In this document: positions 28,201 through 37,671 of the stretch, in pieces | Numbering within the stretch: position 1 is the stretch's first letter | Layout of the letters: every line of letters starts with the position of its first letter | From: an archaeon | Lineage (GTDB): Archaea > B1Sed10-29 > WALL01 | DNA: 64,000 bases | Reading direction: 5' to 3' | Assembly: GCA_042584585.1 (NCBI GenBank) | Contig: JBHOSQ010000002.1 | Span: forward strand, 57,808 to 121,807 | Translations under genes and position numbers: made by a program | Notes under the pieces: model-generated | The model's input: the letters and a program-made list of their open reading frames with translations, nothing else | What the model was told of the DNA's origin: nothing | Databases searched by the model: none

Positions 28201-29901
28201 CTAGAGCCGGTTGACGGTGGGCTCTGGAGCCCAGAGGGAGGCATGTTCGAGTACTCGTTCACAGTGTTCGACATGGACGGATTCGACCCGAGCGGGCCGT
28301 GTGAAGTTGACTTCGAACGCTACACTGTAGACGCCGCAAACGCATTCAGCCCGGACACACCATACCCATGCACTGGCGAGCCAACCGAACCTGGCTCACT
28401 GCGTGAACAGCGCGTGACGTGTGAGATGCCCCTCTTAAAAGACTACATCAATAGGGCATCCATCACGTGCACTGACCTAAGCGCGGGCGGCGGCAAAGAG
28501 GCAACGAAGTCGTTCGAGCTCACGTGGGACGAGAAGCCCGCGGAAGTGCTCGACGCCTCGTTTGACATGGAGGCACTGGGAGTAGGCCGCATGGGGGGCG
28601 GACGCGCGATTAATCCGGAGATTTTCTTTGACGTCCAGGACGACTACTCGAACGTGGAGTCTTGTAAAGTCGAGATTGGCACTCGCGCGACCATTGAAGA
28701 CGCTTTCTTCGAGTACGCTTGCGAGCTGCAGGACAAGCTCCGGTCGGACGGAAACACCTACGGTGGAACCTACAAGCACGCCGTGTGCTCGCCAATCGAC
28801 AACAGCACTGTACACTCGGCGATGATAAGCTTCCACGAGGACTCACTCAAGGTAACTTGCACCGACGAGGTCAAAAACCTCAAGAAGGAGACCATCAACA
28901 AGTGGGACGGCGGCATCAAGACCCCAACGATTGACAACATGTACCAGGACCTCATAGACATGTGCCGCATGGTTAGGGACAAGTCCTCGGCAGAAGAGAT
29001 TGAAGCAAAAGGCTACATCGACCTCGGCGACAAAGCAGGCTCAATCAAGTTGGACGACGGGTTCGGCTCGGACGACATTGACGAGGACGGCGTTGCCTAC
29101 GTCATGGCGTACCAAGCAACCGATAAGGATTATCCGGACCATGTCAAGAACTGGTGGCAAGATACGTTTGATAGCCCGTGGGCAAAAGAAGACATCGCAG
29201 AATATGTCGGTAGCGAAACAAAGACCATGGAAATCGGGAGGTCCGCCGAATGCGCGACTGGAGGAGCTGTTGACGTATTGATACTCGGAACAATGCTGGC
29301 CACCGGTGGAACATCAACACTAACATGGGAAGCGGCTAAGCAAGAAGCACAAATATCGGTAAGACACGCCATGGCTTGGGCCGTGAGCACGGCAGCGAAA
29401 ACAACATTTTCAACCACTGGGGCGGCTAATCTGGCGCGATACTTGGTTGTAGCCACAGTGCAAGGATACGCTACCCCAATACAAAAGAACTTAGTGGATG
29501 TGGGTATGGAATCCGCCTTTGAAGACGACATGCAATCAGACGTAGCACTGGAGTGTAACGAAGAGCCAGGCATGACCGGAAGCGACATTGTGGAAGCACT
29601 CCCAGTTGTCCGGTTGCTGGGCGTTGGCATACCCGACGAATTCCAGGCGTTTGTGTGTGCGCCGGAAAAAGATGGGCTGAAGCCGAACCAACTATATTAC
29701 ATGGTGGCATCGGCCAAGAAGTTTGACTTCAGCGGTATTGGCTCAGACTCCGGAGGAGCCAGCGACGTTGTAACAGACGTTGTCTCGATAGCCCTAGACT
29801 CGTGCGACGATTTCGTGTGCGTCGTTGGGGTGGTTCCAATGGACCGGGGCGAGGGCCCGTCCTCGACCGCAGGCAAGGACCTCAACCCATCCAACGAGTA
29901 A
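22258..29901 (+). CDS. Giant surface protein 1 (2547 aa), N-anchored, with repeated carboxypeptidase-regulatory/Cna-like beta-sandwich domains
   Basis: Conserved leader + TM; VTVLDTDGNAIKGATV-type repeats; CDAEQ core; TTATATA at 22212. Confidence 0.85.
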   Translation: MDLKTIYSQLEEKWYGLLDAIDSKGIPVYKAIDPIENAGIPSLPLVAGILIVFIAIAAYMMSGAAPDLVGGDYVVTVLDTDGNAIKGATVAMIVDADAVAEENTNSRGEAYFSLDANKEYQVEVTTDLCGREVDLFDTADMDSIELTVECVSPEFAGCSSLGEDKLVTQLADDQNNLPAACTMRVYDSQNEAIDHPFKVTSNGELDISGSGSCPEDNNRALIDCQYHKWEGTVSGMYNELQLFGQLTLVVKEDVQPETPVYLPPVEITRDIYVKVQNTQGTPLEGTAVSIVDSNGDPLPLLLAGVVGEAITDATGSAKLVLPDQQEFHVHLEDANGAYQPYTSASSYKATLTQTQNQIILNMANGFETTIYVKEEARQTAIADATVTVMRDDKVISQGTTSSGGSYKVSLLQSAQYQVDVTHPQFFAGTATVTGALDQSVFMSPIDATKTGTIIVDTFTATGVQEEFPQVRLQLYSKDANNTRWMSCITPGNGRCVFSKVKQGTYYITATPPGAISEQSFPAFQVVAQNTTVQKISVMPNQLTLTVLTEVMLSGDAVRKKDVEVTLWNADYNEPVDTKESGTTRKVDFTLDQGTRYFLVAEYVDTQTGTKYGPVKTSATTMTQHRKTSITLTRVSEEVDVTTPFEIEKGTEATLTMRMSLPEYRPNQPYESATMEMFLGDPGSVQDIKRTPFVIQPIHLSDVSSQEPFVASVEKADEYQYESEPKPDNDGVSKYIKITIGHYTQPTTYTVDIPVYAKALASSGEVKISYRATWTAGGEEVTSNEGLWAEKTVSLVGDSEADTALETGDFYSYEAYFSKQLAGGSILEPDVPNGSPFYLHVKAKARSAVQSWSVDANNLPDKAEAVAYSGSIKRAAGGTVEIAEFALSGSDFTITNSEEAYGLEKDDELTLVVALRAKERGKGTLTLFGDYDNSLSYEVTREARVGTTPIAGVEAMIVASSNFCIPGYDNGDESGNSCYMDYPEGETLPTNNKDFRLQLSLTGEASANVLVEAADSTIKFADTQANYYETTVDTPKTLLIEGHGTSLTDNLMSVYIWEAGGTKPTAPAMTVVYGPVDYRMLVTPFNTGLAELGVSETTDEIQVKIMKGTLGTEQTVTADAEVQVLTGTSSGAAALVLSAEPYYKYTVDPLLPPQSEEGVSITADSPYFGRLEYESGVSGLEFIPKFPALMFEKDVFALGDTLNDEVEIKSTWDEPVHVTMNRLERDGWDILMTVATFSSSNVPLDTKSGTGIGEGIDIPAGGRAEINLAATAKSTRCRLELTPTILELEVDKVAATPHYTVDLKCQIDEGEMPSIDAVGVGQYVAREDLPPGKITADSCAVASDGDYAFVCDAEQLSVAIAKAADALFLDPSIISDAQFYAFGNDEFGAAIMDTAVNENTAEAGIQAIDNVFNKESAAVSSTSNDLWLVGDAECGIVQVTLEKMNLDEDIKVTFTMDNSSTWCNDASSHYIMGLMNYDKTLRPDFGSYMSFQGEAQLFLDAIAKAKEQGNDIDATLIFGHDAYNTQKRTGQEAMTFFTYQECEKGDSSDCPTFAAKRVSDDFPVIGYYHVTDRDDILIGMVYDEDKIVGPGGAYTLIPKYRMAFAKAMTIYFTTGLTDGWGVENSGWPVFNKQNFQMTMSPAHYGLADQLIDLTGPVLSDFKIYGYTPFMEGRQESMVGSKDVDIEFVVTGDPDVCFISNLDASGQAIQEIPSAEFLHQGSYQVLSMPWELMEGSGLKWVSAYCVNEFGIPSHKLRANITLDDSKMKLVRPLPRIITTNKAVTSVPTTKDWTLEVRDRYSPLQFCQLKLPDGTYDNIEECDDNNDGKFEDTVDTVDNNNNGVPVSSDNPSGPRVIEKTDIASYLDGCCKITPKSVPGEAGYYFIDELTCWSPFITEMDAATEVELECRDESGNTESLGTVSIWRYSDDKPDFEVPEDFIMSTDYDFKYPQDRQMQPSDSTFHFNLPDMPSGAEGKAVFGDFELEPVDGGLWSPEGGMFEYSFTVFDMDGFDPSGPCEVDFERYTVDAANAFSPDTPYPCTGEPTEPGSLREQRVTCEMPLLKDYINRASITCTDLSAGGGKEATKSFELTWDEKPAEVLDASFDMEALGVGRMGGGRAINPEIFFDVQDDYSNVESCKVEIGTRATIEDAFFEYACELQDKLRSDGNTYGGTYKHAVCSPIDNSTVHSAMISFHEDSLKVTCTDEVKNLKKETINKWDGGIKTPTIDNMYQDLIDMCRMVRDKSSAEEIEAKGYIDLGDKAGSIKLDDGFGSDDIDEDGVAYVMAYQATDKDYPDHVKNWWQDTFDSPWAKEDIAEYVGSETKTMEIGRSAECATGGAVDVLILGTMLATGGTSTLTWEAAKQEAQISVRHAMAWAVSTAAKTTFSTTGAANLARYLVVATVQGYATPIQKNLVDVGMESAFEDDMQSDVALECNEEPGMTGSDIVEALPVVRLLGVGIPDEFQAFVCAPEKDGLKPNQLYYMVASAKKFDFSGIGSDSGGASDVVTDVVSIALDSCDDFVCVVGVVPMDRGEGPSSTAGKDLNPSNE

Positions 29902-29939
29902 ACTCCCTTGGAACCGGAGCAACCCGGGTTTTAACCGGA

Positions 29940-29961
29940 GGATAAGCCAATTGGCTTATCC
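29940..29961. repeat. Perfect 22-bp palindrome, CCAATTGG core
   Basis: GGATAAGCCAATTGGCTTATCC. Confidence 0.85.
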
Positions 29962-30046
29962 CCCACTTGGGTTCTTTTTGTAACGGTTGAATCTATTTCT
30001 CCAGAGGGCAAATTGTTTATATACTCTATTACCTAATTGAAGTCAG

Positions 30047-33000
30047 GTGCTTATTGTGGACGCTGGACAGATTACTGCCATCTACAAGCAAGTCGAGACG
30101 AAGTGGTACTCACTCCTCGACGCGCTGAGTGACAAGGGAGTGCCCGTGTACAAGCTCGTGGACCCCATCGAAAACATGGGGATACCCTCGTTCCCGCTGT
30201 TTGTTGGTGGATTAATCGTGCTTCTCGCGCTCGTTGCATTCCTCTTGATTGGAGGCGCCGGAGGGCCGGCACTGACTGTTACCGTAACTAGTGGAGGGGC
30301 ACCGCTCGCTGGAGCCACGGTAATCGCAGGGGACTACGAAGCAACTACTAATGAGGACGGGATAGCCGGGCTGGACCACCCCGGCGAAGGCATCGACATC
30401 CAGATAACCAAAGAAAACTGTGAGGCGCAGGTCACAACGCTCACCGGCACCGAAGCAACGCTGGAATTCGACTTAATCTGCAGGGAAGCGCCGCCCGTAG
30501 GCGCGTGCAGCACAATCTCAAAAGAATACGACGCAATCGTAATGGTCGGCGAAGACAACGCGCCGCTCGAGGACTGCGTAATCATCGCGCTCAACGGCGG
30601 CGACCCGATGGAGACCGGGTGGGGCGCAGACGGCAACACCCTCTTCCTCGACGATGCGACTTGTCTGCAGGAGGACCACCAAATACAAATCACTTGCCTC
30701 GGGCACGAAAGGACTTTGTTCATTGACGAGCTGAGGAACGAAATCGAGGAAAAAGGTGAAATCACGCTCAACAAGCGCGGCTCAAGCGGCGCTTCCACCG
30801 GGCAGGGAGACTGCGACCGCGACGGAATCCCCGACGCGCAAGACCTCGACAACGACAACGACGGAATCTTTGACGTCGAAGACTTCGACATTGACGGTGA
30901 TGGAGTCACCAACGCGCTCGACGCAGACACGTGCGGCCAAGACACCCGCGAAGACGCGTACAGCCCGACAGATGTGCCGGGGCTGGTGGACTTGCCGGTT
31001 GGCACGCAGGCACAGCAGACCTTCAACAGCTACGTCACCGTAGTCGCGGACACCGGCGAAAAGCTGGACGGGATTCGGGTAACTGCCACCGACGTGAAGG
31101 GCACGAAGCTGTCGACTGGGTACGCGAACACAGTGGTTGAAGCCACGACCGCGAACGGCAGCGCCACGCTGTCCTTGCCAGAAGGCCAGAAGTACTACAT
31201 CACTGCCGAGGACAGCAACGACGTCTACCGCTCCGCCAAGAGCGGGCTGCTCACGCAGAACAGGCAGCAGGAAGTCAAGCTCGTCATGCAGAAGGGATTC
31301 CTCACCGTGATAACCGTCGTCAGCGACCGAGCCGTTCCATACGCGACCGTGCGCGTGCTCGACGACCCACAGATGGAGAGGCAGACCAGCAAGATTGGCC
31401 AGGCCATATTCGTGCTCGTGAAAGGCATTGACTACGACGTCGAGGTCGTGCACGAGAATTACATCCCCCTCAAGACCAAGGTAGTCGGCGGGTCCGAGAC
31501 CGAAATAAGGCTCGAGGCGCTGGACGCAAGCAACTCCGGCGACGTGACCGCGACGGTTCGGAACGCACAGGGAATCGAGGAAGGCTTTCCGAGCGTGCTG
31601 CTGGAGCTTGTCGACTCCAAAAACATAGTCGTTAAGAAATGCACAACGCCCGCCAGTGGCATGTGCCAGTTCACCAAAGCCATGGCCGGCGACTACACGC
31701 TCCGCGCGACGCCGCCTGGGGAAATCTCGTACACCGAGAGCAAGAAGTTCACTGTGGTGGCCGGGGAGTCTGTGGACCATGAAATGCTCATAGACCCGGC
31801 TGAAGCAGAAATCGACGTGTTGACTACGATAGACGGGAACCCGACGAAGGGCGTCACGGTAACGCTTTACGACTTGAGCTACGGGGTGCCCGAAAAGCTT
31901 TCGGCGCAGAAGAGCGCGGAGAACCGGAGGGTCAAGTTCAACAGCTACCGCGGGAAAAAGGTTTATCTCGAGGCGGAGTACCGTGGGGCTCTCGGCGAGT
32001 TCGGCCCCCTCACCACCGCGCCGTTCACGCTCACCGGGAACAAGGACATGGAACTAGACCTCAAGGAAATCACGCGCAGCGTTTCGCTTGAGCTGCCGAC
32101 AGGCGGCGAAATCGCGCCGGGACAAATCCATTACGCCAAGCTCGTGCTTGAGCTGCCGTATGCAAGCGAAGAACTGAAGGAGACGTACGACAAGGCGATG
32201 GCAGAGGTATGGTTCGGAGAGCCCGGCGACAAGTCCAACCCATTGAAGTCACCGGTTTTGATTGGGCCGATTGACAGCTACATTTTCGAGCAGCAGGAAA
32301 AGCCGAACGTGCTTGTGTCGGTGGGCAACTCGTACACGTTCAACCAAGAAGTGATTGTTGGGGACAGTGGAACGACTAGTAAGATAGCTAGGTTCACGGT
32401 CAGCGACTACGACCCAACGCTTTATGAAATTGAATTGCCAATGCTCGCGAGGCGCGAGGCACAAGGCGATGTAACTGTGCGCTACCGCGCGACGTGGACC
32501 GACGATGATGGCCGGGTGTTCACTAGCCACGGAGGGGAATGGGCAGAGGACACCCTTACTGTTCTTGCGGGCGACGATGACGACGACGCAGACTGGGTCG
32601 AGACAACCGGCGACTTCGGGCTCTGGAACGCTTTCCTGAGCGCGGACCCCAGCATTGAAGAAGAACAAGGCGCGGAAGAGACCGGCGAAGAAGAAGACGA
32701 GCTCGCCGCATCGTTCTTCCCGGACGGTGGAGAAACAAATGTTGAAGAAGACGGAGTGCCGTCGTTCACAAGTGGCTCCTTGGCTTTCCTACACGTGCGC
32801 GCGATTGCTGCGCAGGAGACAGACACTTACGTAATCAAGGTTGACTCGTTCCCGCCGATTGGCAGCGGCGACAAGCACATGGCGCCCCTCGCGTACCGCG
32901 GCGTAATCAACAAGGCCGGCGGCAAGTCACGGATTGTTTATCCCACGACGCTGGCTGGGGATTTGCCGATAACGTTTTCGCCGACGCAGCAGAGCAAAGA

Positions 33001-36000
33001 CTATTATGCACTGGACGTCGACGACGAGATTCACTTGGTGGTCGCGATGCGGCCGCAGGACGCGACGCCTTTAGCGGAAGTCGCGGTGTTCAACGACATG
33101 GAAAACACTTTGCCGTACCGCGTCAAGCAGGTCGGTGAGGGGTTCGAGCCCACGGACATCCCGAACGTCGAAGGCAACATAATGATAAAGACGTTGATTT
33201 GCCCGAGCCCGCCGTATATCGGTGAATGTGGCGAAGGGGAAACAACTGTGAACGAGACCCTGCCGAGCTATGACGCGGACCGCACCGAGGGAAGGGACTT
33301 CACGATAAAGATAGAGCTCAGAAACAAGGACTCGGTCGACAAAAACATGAAGATGCGCGTGGACGCGACAGGCATTGAGGGCCTTGAGTACGAGGACGAT
33401 GCGCTGCTCACCGGCAACAGCGGCGAGACCCTGTCCATCACTGGCAAGGGCGCATCAGCAGGTGGAGGCGAAATCAAGATTTTCATCTGGCTCGACGGAA
33501 TGGAGGAAAGCGAGTGGAAGTCCATCAAGCACAGCGCGGTTAAGTACAAGCTCGAAGTCGTTGCGACTGGCGATGACGGCAAGTCGTTCCAGGAAGGCGA
33601 GCTCAACACCCACGCCGCGGAGATAGAGGTCGCGGCAGTCAGGGAGACATGGGGCGAGGCCAGCGAAGAAATAACCACTGGCATCACCACGGTCGGCCAT
33701 GCCGACGCGATAAGGCTGTCCAAGGACTCAGTCGAGGCTTGGGCGAGGCTTGCGCAGGATATGAGCGGCAACAAGAAGTTCACGACCGCCCCGGACGAGC
33801 TTGACTTGGACTGGGGAATGCTTACTGTGCAGGCGGGCCACCCCGAGTTCAGGTGGCTGGAGCGCTCGTACGAAGTGCACGGCTCATTGATTGACCCGGT
33901 TACATCGGAATACGGGTTCACGCTTACTGATTTTGAGCCTTTCGAGTTCAGGTACGCAGTAATCACAAACAACTGGGACGAAGAAATTAAGGTCACGGTG
34001 GCAAAGGACAGGTGGGAAAGCACGGTCTTCGGCGAGGAGTACGGACTCTCGCATGAATTGCGGGTGGTCGACGCCATGGGCACCGAGAGGGATGTCGAGG
34101 ACAGCTACCGGCTGACTAGGAACGTTCCGGCGCGCGGCAAGGCAGAGCTCTGGATACTGGCCGCGCCGCCCGGTGACGGGTGCAAGATTGCGCCGAGCCT
34201 CAACAAGCTCTCGGTCACTGCGGCGACGACTCTGACAAAGTCAGAAGGCGGCGTTGTGGAAGACGAGGGGGCATATGAAATCAACTTCACGTGCGCGATG
34301 GAAGGCGGGCCGGCACCGGCAGGAGACATGGCCACCGGCATCGTGATGAAGGTGGGCTACCAGCCGGCGGACATCACACCGGACTCGTGCACGACTTCCG
34401 ACGACGTGACTTACATTTGTGACGCGGAACAGTTCAGCGTCGCGGTCCTCAAGAGCGCGAAGGAATTGACTGACGGCCACTCCCAAGCAATCCGAAAAGT
34501 GCTGGCGCTTTCGGACGATGTGGTGAACTCGCTGGTGATTGCGACCGCGAGGCAGGAAAACAGCCTCAGCAAGGGGTACCCGGTGGACGTCACTTCGTCT
34601 GCCTCCACTGCGAGGGACGGGAGCCTGATACTGACGCAGGACGAAATCACGTGCGGGCTCGTCACGATTCTTTTCGAGAAGCTCACGGACGAAAAAATAA
34701 AGGCAACAATTGAAGAAGTCAACAGCAGTATGCCGTGGTGTGCTGGCGGGTCTGGGAGCTTCCTCGGGATACTGAACTACGACAAGAACCTGCGGAAAGA
34801 AGCGGACACTGATGTGCTGTTGCAGTACGCCGAGTTTGCCCCCGACACGGACGTCACGGAGTTCAGGGCAGCGGTCGCGGCGATTACGACGGAGAAGTAC
34901 GTGTTCGGCCACATGAACCCGACTACACCGGACGTCAAGGGCAAGGCCGCGAAGCACGTGGTCTATTACGACGAGTTCACCGCGGACGAGTTCAAGCAGG
35001 TCGGCATCAGGGACCCGATGTACAGCTGGCTCACGCAGGACTACGACACCACCGGGTACTTCAACATCAACGACAAGGGCGACGTGCAACTCGGAATCAT
35101 TTACGAAAGCGCCGACAACCTCGAGAGGAACAGGGAGTGCATGGTGTACAACCTGCTGACGTACTGGAGCCTTGGCGACAGTTCGGTGCTCGATGGCATT
35201 GGCAATGAAGAAGAAACGTTTGACTTGAGCACGTGCGAGATGGAGGGAACGCTTGCCGCTCCGCCCGGAGTGAGCCTGCGGCTCGACGCGACAACGCCGG
35301 AATACAAGGTAGGTGCCTCTTCGACCGGCGACCCCGAGATTGCGCTTTACATCACTTCAGACATCAAGGCCGAAGCGTGCTACGTCTGGAACGGGCACGA
35401 TGAAAACCCGGACAAGTCCATCAAGAAGTTTGTCTCGCAGGAAGGTGTGTTCGAGGTCGAGGCTGGCCAGGTTGTGTGGGACGGCTACACCCTGCAGGTT
35501 CCTTCGTGGGACTTGAAGCCAGGTGCGGACAGCCGCGCGTACACGGTGAAGGCGGCTTGCATTTCGGATGTCGGGATATGGTCCGAGCGCGTGAGCAAGC
35601 AAATCATTTACGACGCGACGCCGCCAGAGATAGTTATCGTGTCCACTGAGGACAACGGCGTGACCAAGAAAGAGGCCGTGAAAATCAGCTTCACGGCGAG
35701 TGACAAGTACGCAATCAGGGAGTGCTCCATCGAGGGCGTGTGCCCGGAGTTCTTGATTGACACGGACTGCACTCTTCCGGCGGAGGCGCCAGTGAACGAG
35801 ATGGGCAACAAGGTTTATACAGTCACGGACTGCGTGACGCCGCTTTTGAAACTGAATGGCGACATAAAAGACACGTGCAGCCCATCGGGCTACAACCAGC
35901 TCAAGCTGACTTGCACTGACGAGCACGACAACACGGCAAGTGTTGAGAAGAACGTGTACAGGCTGGCCACGACACAGGCCGGGATTGTCCCACCGACGTG

Positions 36001-37591
36001 CGACGACATGGAGACGGGCGATGGCACGGAATGCAAGGACTATGACTCCAATACTCCAAACGGCTTCGTCGAGAAGGGCGACAGGTATTACGTGGACAGC
36101 GACGACGTGACCATCTCCGTAGTCGTGAGTTCGGACAACCCACTAATAGGATGCAGCCTCAAGCAAGGCGACACGGAAGCGTCGTGCGGCCTGCCAAAGT
36201 CGGGGAGCACGGACTACCTGCAGTATTATGACTGCAACACCAAGCAGCCCGGCATTGACTTGCTGGGCGACGGTGAGACCAAAGTCAGTGTCAAGTGCTC
36301 GCAGACCGGGACAGAAGAGCTCGCGGAAGTGGAGCTGCTGCCGTTCGTGGTCGACACCGAGCCGCCGACATGCAACATAATCGGCGGGGAGTATCCACAG
36401 GACTGGAGTGTTTACTTGGCCCCCTGGAAGTTTGCGAAAATCAGGGGGCAGTCCAGCAAGGCATACATCGGCGTGATGCCAGTGGACGACACTGGATGGT
36501 CCAAGGTCGTGTGCGGCGGGGAGACGTTCAAGCCAAGCGACTCCACGCGGAGCCACGAGTTCACGGTGATGAATACTATGACGGGTAGTGGGTACTGGGC
36601 TTCTGTCTCCAGCAGCGGAACCAAGCAGACCTTCACGGCAACGACAGACCGCCTGACAGAGGGTCAGGTGATAATGAAGTGCACTGGAGATGACTGCCGC
36701 ACGATAATGGTGAGCGTGAAGTTTACGGACCCAGAGAGTGGCGAGAGTCTGGGTAGCTCGACGAGCATAGGCGGGAGCGGCAAGTGCAGGAACTTCGAGC
36801 CCATGCTCAAAGCCTCCGAGCAAGCAGTGACTCCGGGGAAAGAGTACCAGCTTAAGATTGAGGGCGATTCGTGGGAGTACTACAACGTGCCAGGTGACTA
36901 CTACACTGGCGGGAAAAGCATCGGTAGCCGGGACATTGAGGCGATTATTTACGGGACTGTGCCAGTCGAGTTCGACCTGTGGGAGCTATATCCAGAGAGC
37001 GACGGCACAATCAGCTGCACCGCCTATGACTTTGTTGGCCACAGCAATACATGCACCCAGAAGTACACGACAAAGATACTTGACAGTGCTGACGACTGTT
37101 CTAAAAGGTACGATGTTGGCAGCGACACAAAAGACTGGAAAAAGACCAAGCTTGACGCGTTCGAGGCGTACGCCATACGCTATGCATTCAACAGCGAGGA
37201 CGGCCTGTGCAACATAAACGGTGGTGTCGACTGCTATATATCAGAGTTCAACCCGTTCACCGGCGAAACAGAAAGCGGCTGGGGCAAGATCCTCTCGTCG
37301 ACAAAAGAGATGCCGCCCACGAACAACCGGAAAGTCTATGCATACCAGTACAAGGGCGTGTTCTTCTTCGGAGATGAATACGACGAGGAAAGGTTCTTTG
37401 CAACGGGGAATGGGGGCAGGATGCGGGTCCGCACATATACTGATGCCATTACTGATCTCACTGGCATAACGCCCTGCAGAAATGAAATAGACGAAGAAGA
37501 CTTCTTGAGCGGGGACGAGAGCAACATGAGAATATACTACGCCGTTCCAGGGTGCTATACTGAAAGGAGCATAGCCAACTATTACTGTTAG
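30047..37591 (+). CDS. Giant surface protein 2 (about 2510 aa), paralogue with thrombospondin type 3-like Ca-binding repeats
   Basis: Same leader; DCDRDGIPDAQDLDNDNDGIFDVEDFDIDGDG at about 30809-30930; CDAEQ core; TTTATATA at 30016; true start may be GTG 30056. Confidence 0.85.
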   Translation: MLIVDAGQITAIYKQVETKWYSLLDALSDKGVPVYKLVDPIENMGIPSFPLFVGGLIVLLALVAFLLIGGAGGPALTVTVTSGGAPLAGATVIAGDYEATTNEDGIAGLDHPGEGIDIQITKENCEAQVTTLTGTEATLEFDLICREAPPVGACSTISKEYDAIVMVGEDNAPLEDCVIIALNGGDPMETGWGADGNTLFLDDATCLQEDHQIQITCLGHERTLFIDELRNEIEEKGEITLNKRGSSGASTGQGDCDRDGIPDAQDLDNDNDGIFDVEDFDIDGDGVTNALDADTCGQDTREDAYSPTDVPGLVDLPVGTQAQQTFNSYVTVVADTGEKLDGIRVTATDVKGTKLSTGYANTVVEATTANGSATLSLPEGQKYYITAEDSNDVYRSAKSGLLTQNRQQEVKLVMQKGFLTVITVVSDRAVPYATVRVLDDPQMERQTSKIGQAIFVLVKGIDYDVEVVHENYIPLKTKVVGGSETEIRLEALDASNSGDVTATVRNAQGIEEGFPSVLLELVDSKNIVVKKCTTPASGMCQFTKAMAGDYTLRATPPGEISYTESKKFTVVAGESVDHEMLIDPAEAEIDVLTTIDGNPTKGVTVTLYDLSYGVPEKLSAQKSAENRRVKFNSYRGKKVYLEAEYRGALGEFGPLTTAPFTLTGNKDMELDLKEITRSVSLELPTGGEIAPGQIHYAKLVLELPYASEELKETYDKAMAEVWFGEPGDKSNPLKSPVLIGPIDSYIFEQQEKPNVLVSVGNSYTFNQEVIVGDSGTTSKIARFTVSDYDPTLYEIELPMLARREAQGDVTVRYRATWTDDDGRVFTSHGGEWAEDTLTVLAGDDDDDADWVETTGDFGLWNAFLSADPSIEEEQGAEETGEEEDELAASFFPDGGETNVEEDGVPSFTSGSLAFLHVRAIAAQETDTYVIKVDSFPPIGSGDKHMAPLAYRGVINKAGGKSRIVYPTTLAGDLPITFSPTQQSKDYYALDVDDEIHLVVAMRPQDATPLAEVAVFNDMENTLPYRVKQVGEGFEPTDIPNVEGNIMIKTLICPSPPYIGECGEGETTVNETLPSYDADRTEGRDFTIKIELRNKDSVDKNMKMRVDATGIEGLEYEDDALLTGNSGETLSITGKGASAGGGEIKIFIWLDGMEESEWKSIKHSAVKYKLEVVATGDDGKSFQEGELNTHAAEIEVAAVRETWGEASEEITTGITTVGHADAIRLSKDSVEAWARLAQDMSGNKKFTTAPDELDLDWGMLTVQAGHPEFRWLERSYEVHGSLIDPVTSEYGFTLTDFEPFEFRYAVITNNWDEEIKVTVAKDRWESTVFGEEYGLSHELRVVDAMGTERDVEDSYRLTRNVPARGKAELWILAAPPGDGCKIAPSLNKLSVTAATTLTKSEGGVVEDEGAYEINFTCAMEGGPAPAGDMATGIVMKVGYQPADITPDSCTTSDDVTYICDAEQFSVAVLKSAKELTDGHSQAIRKVLALSDDVVNSLVIATARQENSLSKGYPVDVTSSASTARDGSLILTQDEITCGLVTILFEKLTDEKIKATIEEVNSSMPWCAGGSGSFLGILNYDKNLRKEADTDVLLQYAEFAPDTDVTEFRAAVAAITTEKYVFGHMNPTTPDVKGKAAKHVVYYDEFTADEFKQVGIRDPMYSWLTQDYDTTGYFNINDKGDVQLGIIYESADNLERNRECMVYNLLTYWSLGDSSVLDGIGNEEETFDLSTCEMEGTLAAPPGVSLRLDATTPEYKVGASSTGDPEIALYITSDIKAEACYVWNGHDENPDKSIKKFVSQEGVFEVEAGQVVWDGYTLQVPSWDLKPGADSRAYTVKAACISDVGIWSERVSKQIIYDATPPEIVIVSTEDNGVTKKEAVKISFTASDKYAIRECSIEGVCPEFLIDTDCTLPAEAPVNEMGNKVYTVTDCVTPLLKLNGDIKDTCSPSGYNQLKLTCTDEHDNTASVEKNVYRLATTQAGIVPPTCDDMETGDGTECKDYDSNTPNGFVEKGDRYYVDSDDVTISVVVSSDNPLIGCSLKQGDTEASCGLPKSGSTDYLQYYDCNTKQPGIDLLGDGETKVSVKCSQTGTEELAEVELLPFVVDTEPPTCNIIGGEYPQDWSVYLAPWKFAKIRGQSSKAYIGVMPVDDTGWSKVVCGGETFKPSDSTRSHEFTVMNTMTGSGYWASVSSSGTKQTFTATTDRLTEGQVIMKCTGDDCRTIMVSVKFTDPESGESLGSSTSIGGSGKCRNFEPMLKASEQAVTPGKEYQLKIEGDSWEYYNVPGDYYTGGKSIGSRDIEAIIYGTVPVEFDLWELYPESDGTISCTAYDFVGHSNTCTQKYTTKILDSADDCSKRYDVGSDTKDWKKTKLDAFEAYAIRYAFNSEDGLCNINGGVDCYISEFNPFTGETESGWGKILSSTKEMPPTNNRKVYAYQYKGVFFFGDEYDEERFFATGNGGRMRVRTYTDAITDLTGITPCRNEIDEEDFLSGDESNMRIYYAVPGCYTERSIANYYC

Positions 37592-37671
37592 GGGGCACCA
37601 AAGCCCCCCCCTTATTTATATACTGTTTGTCATTAATTGTTGCAATCGGTTACTTATAGAGGGTAATATAA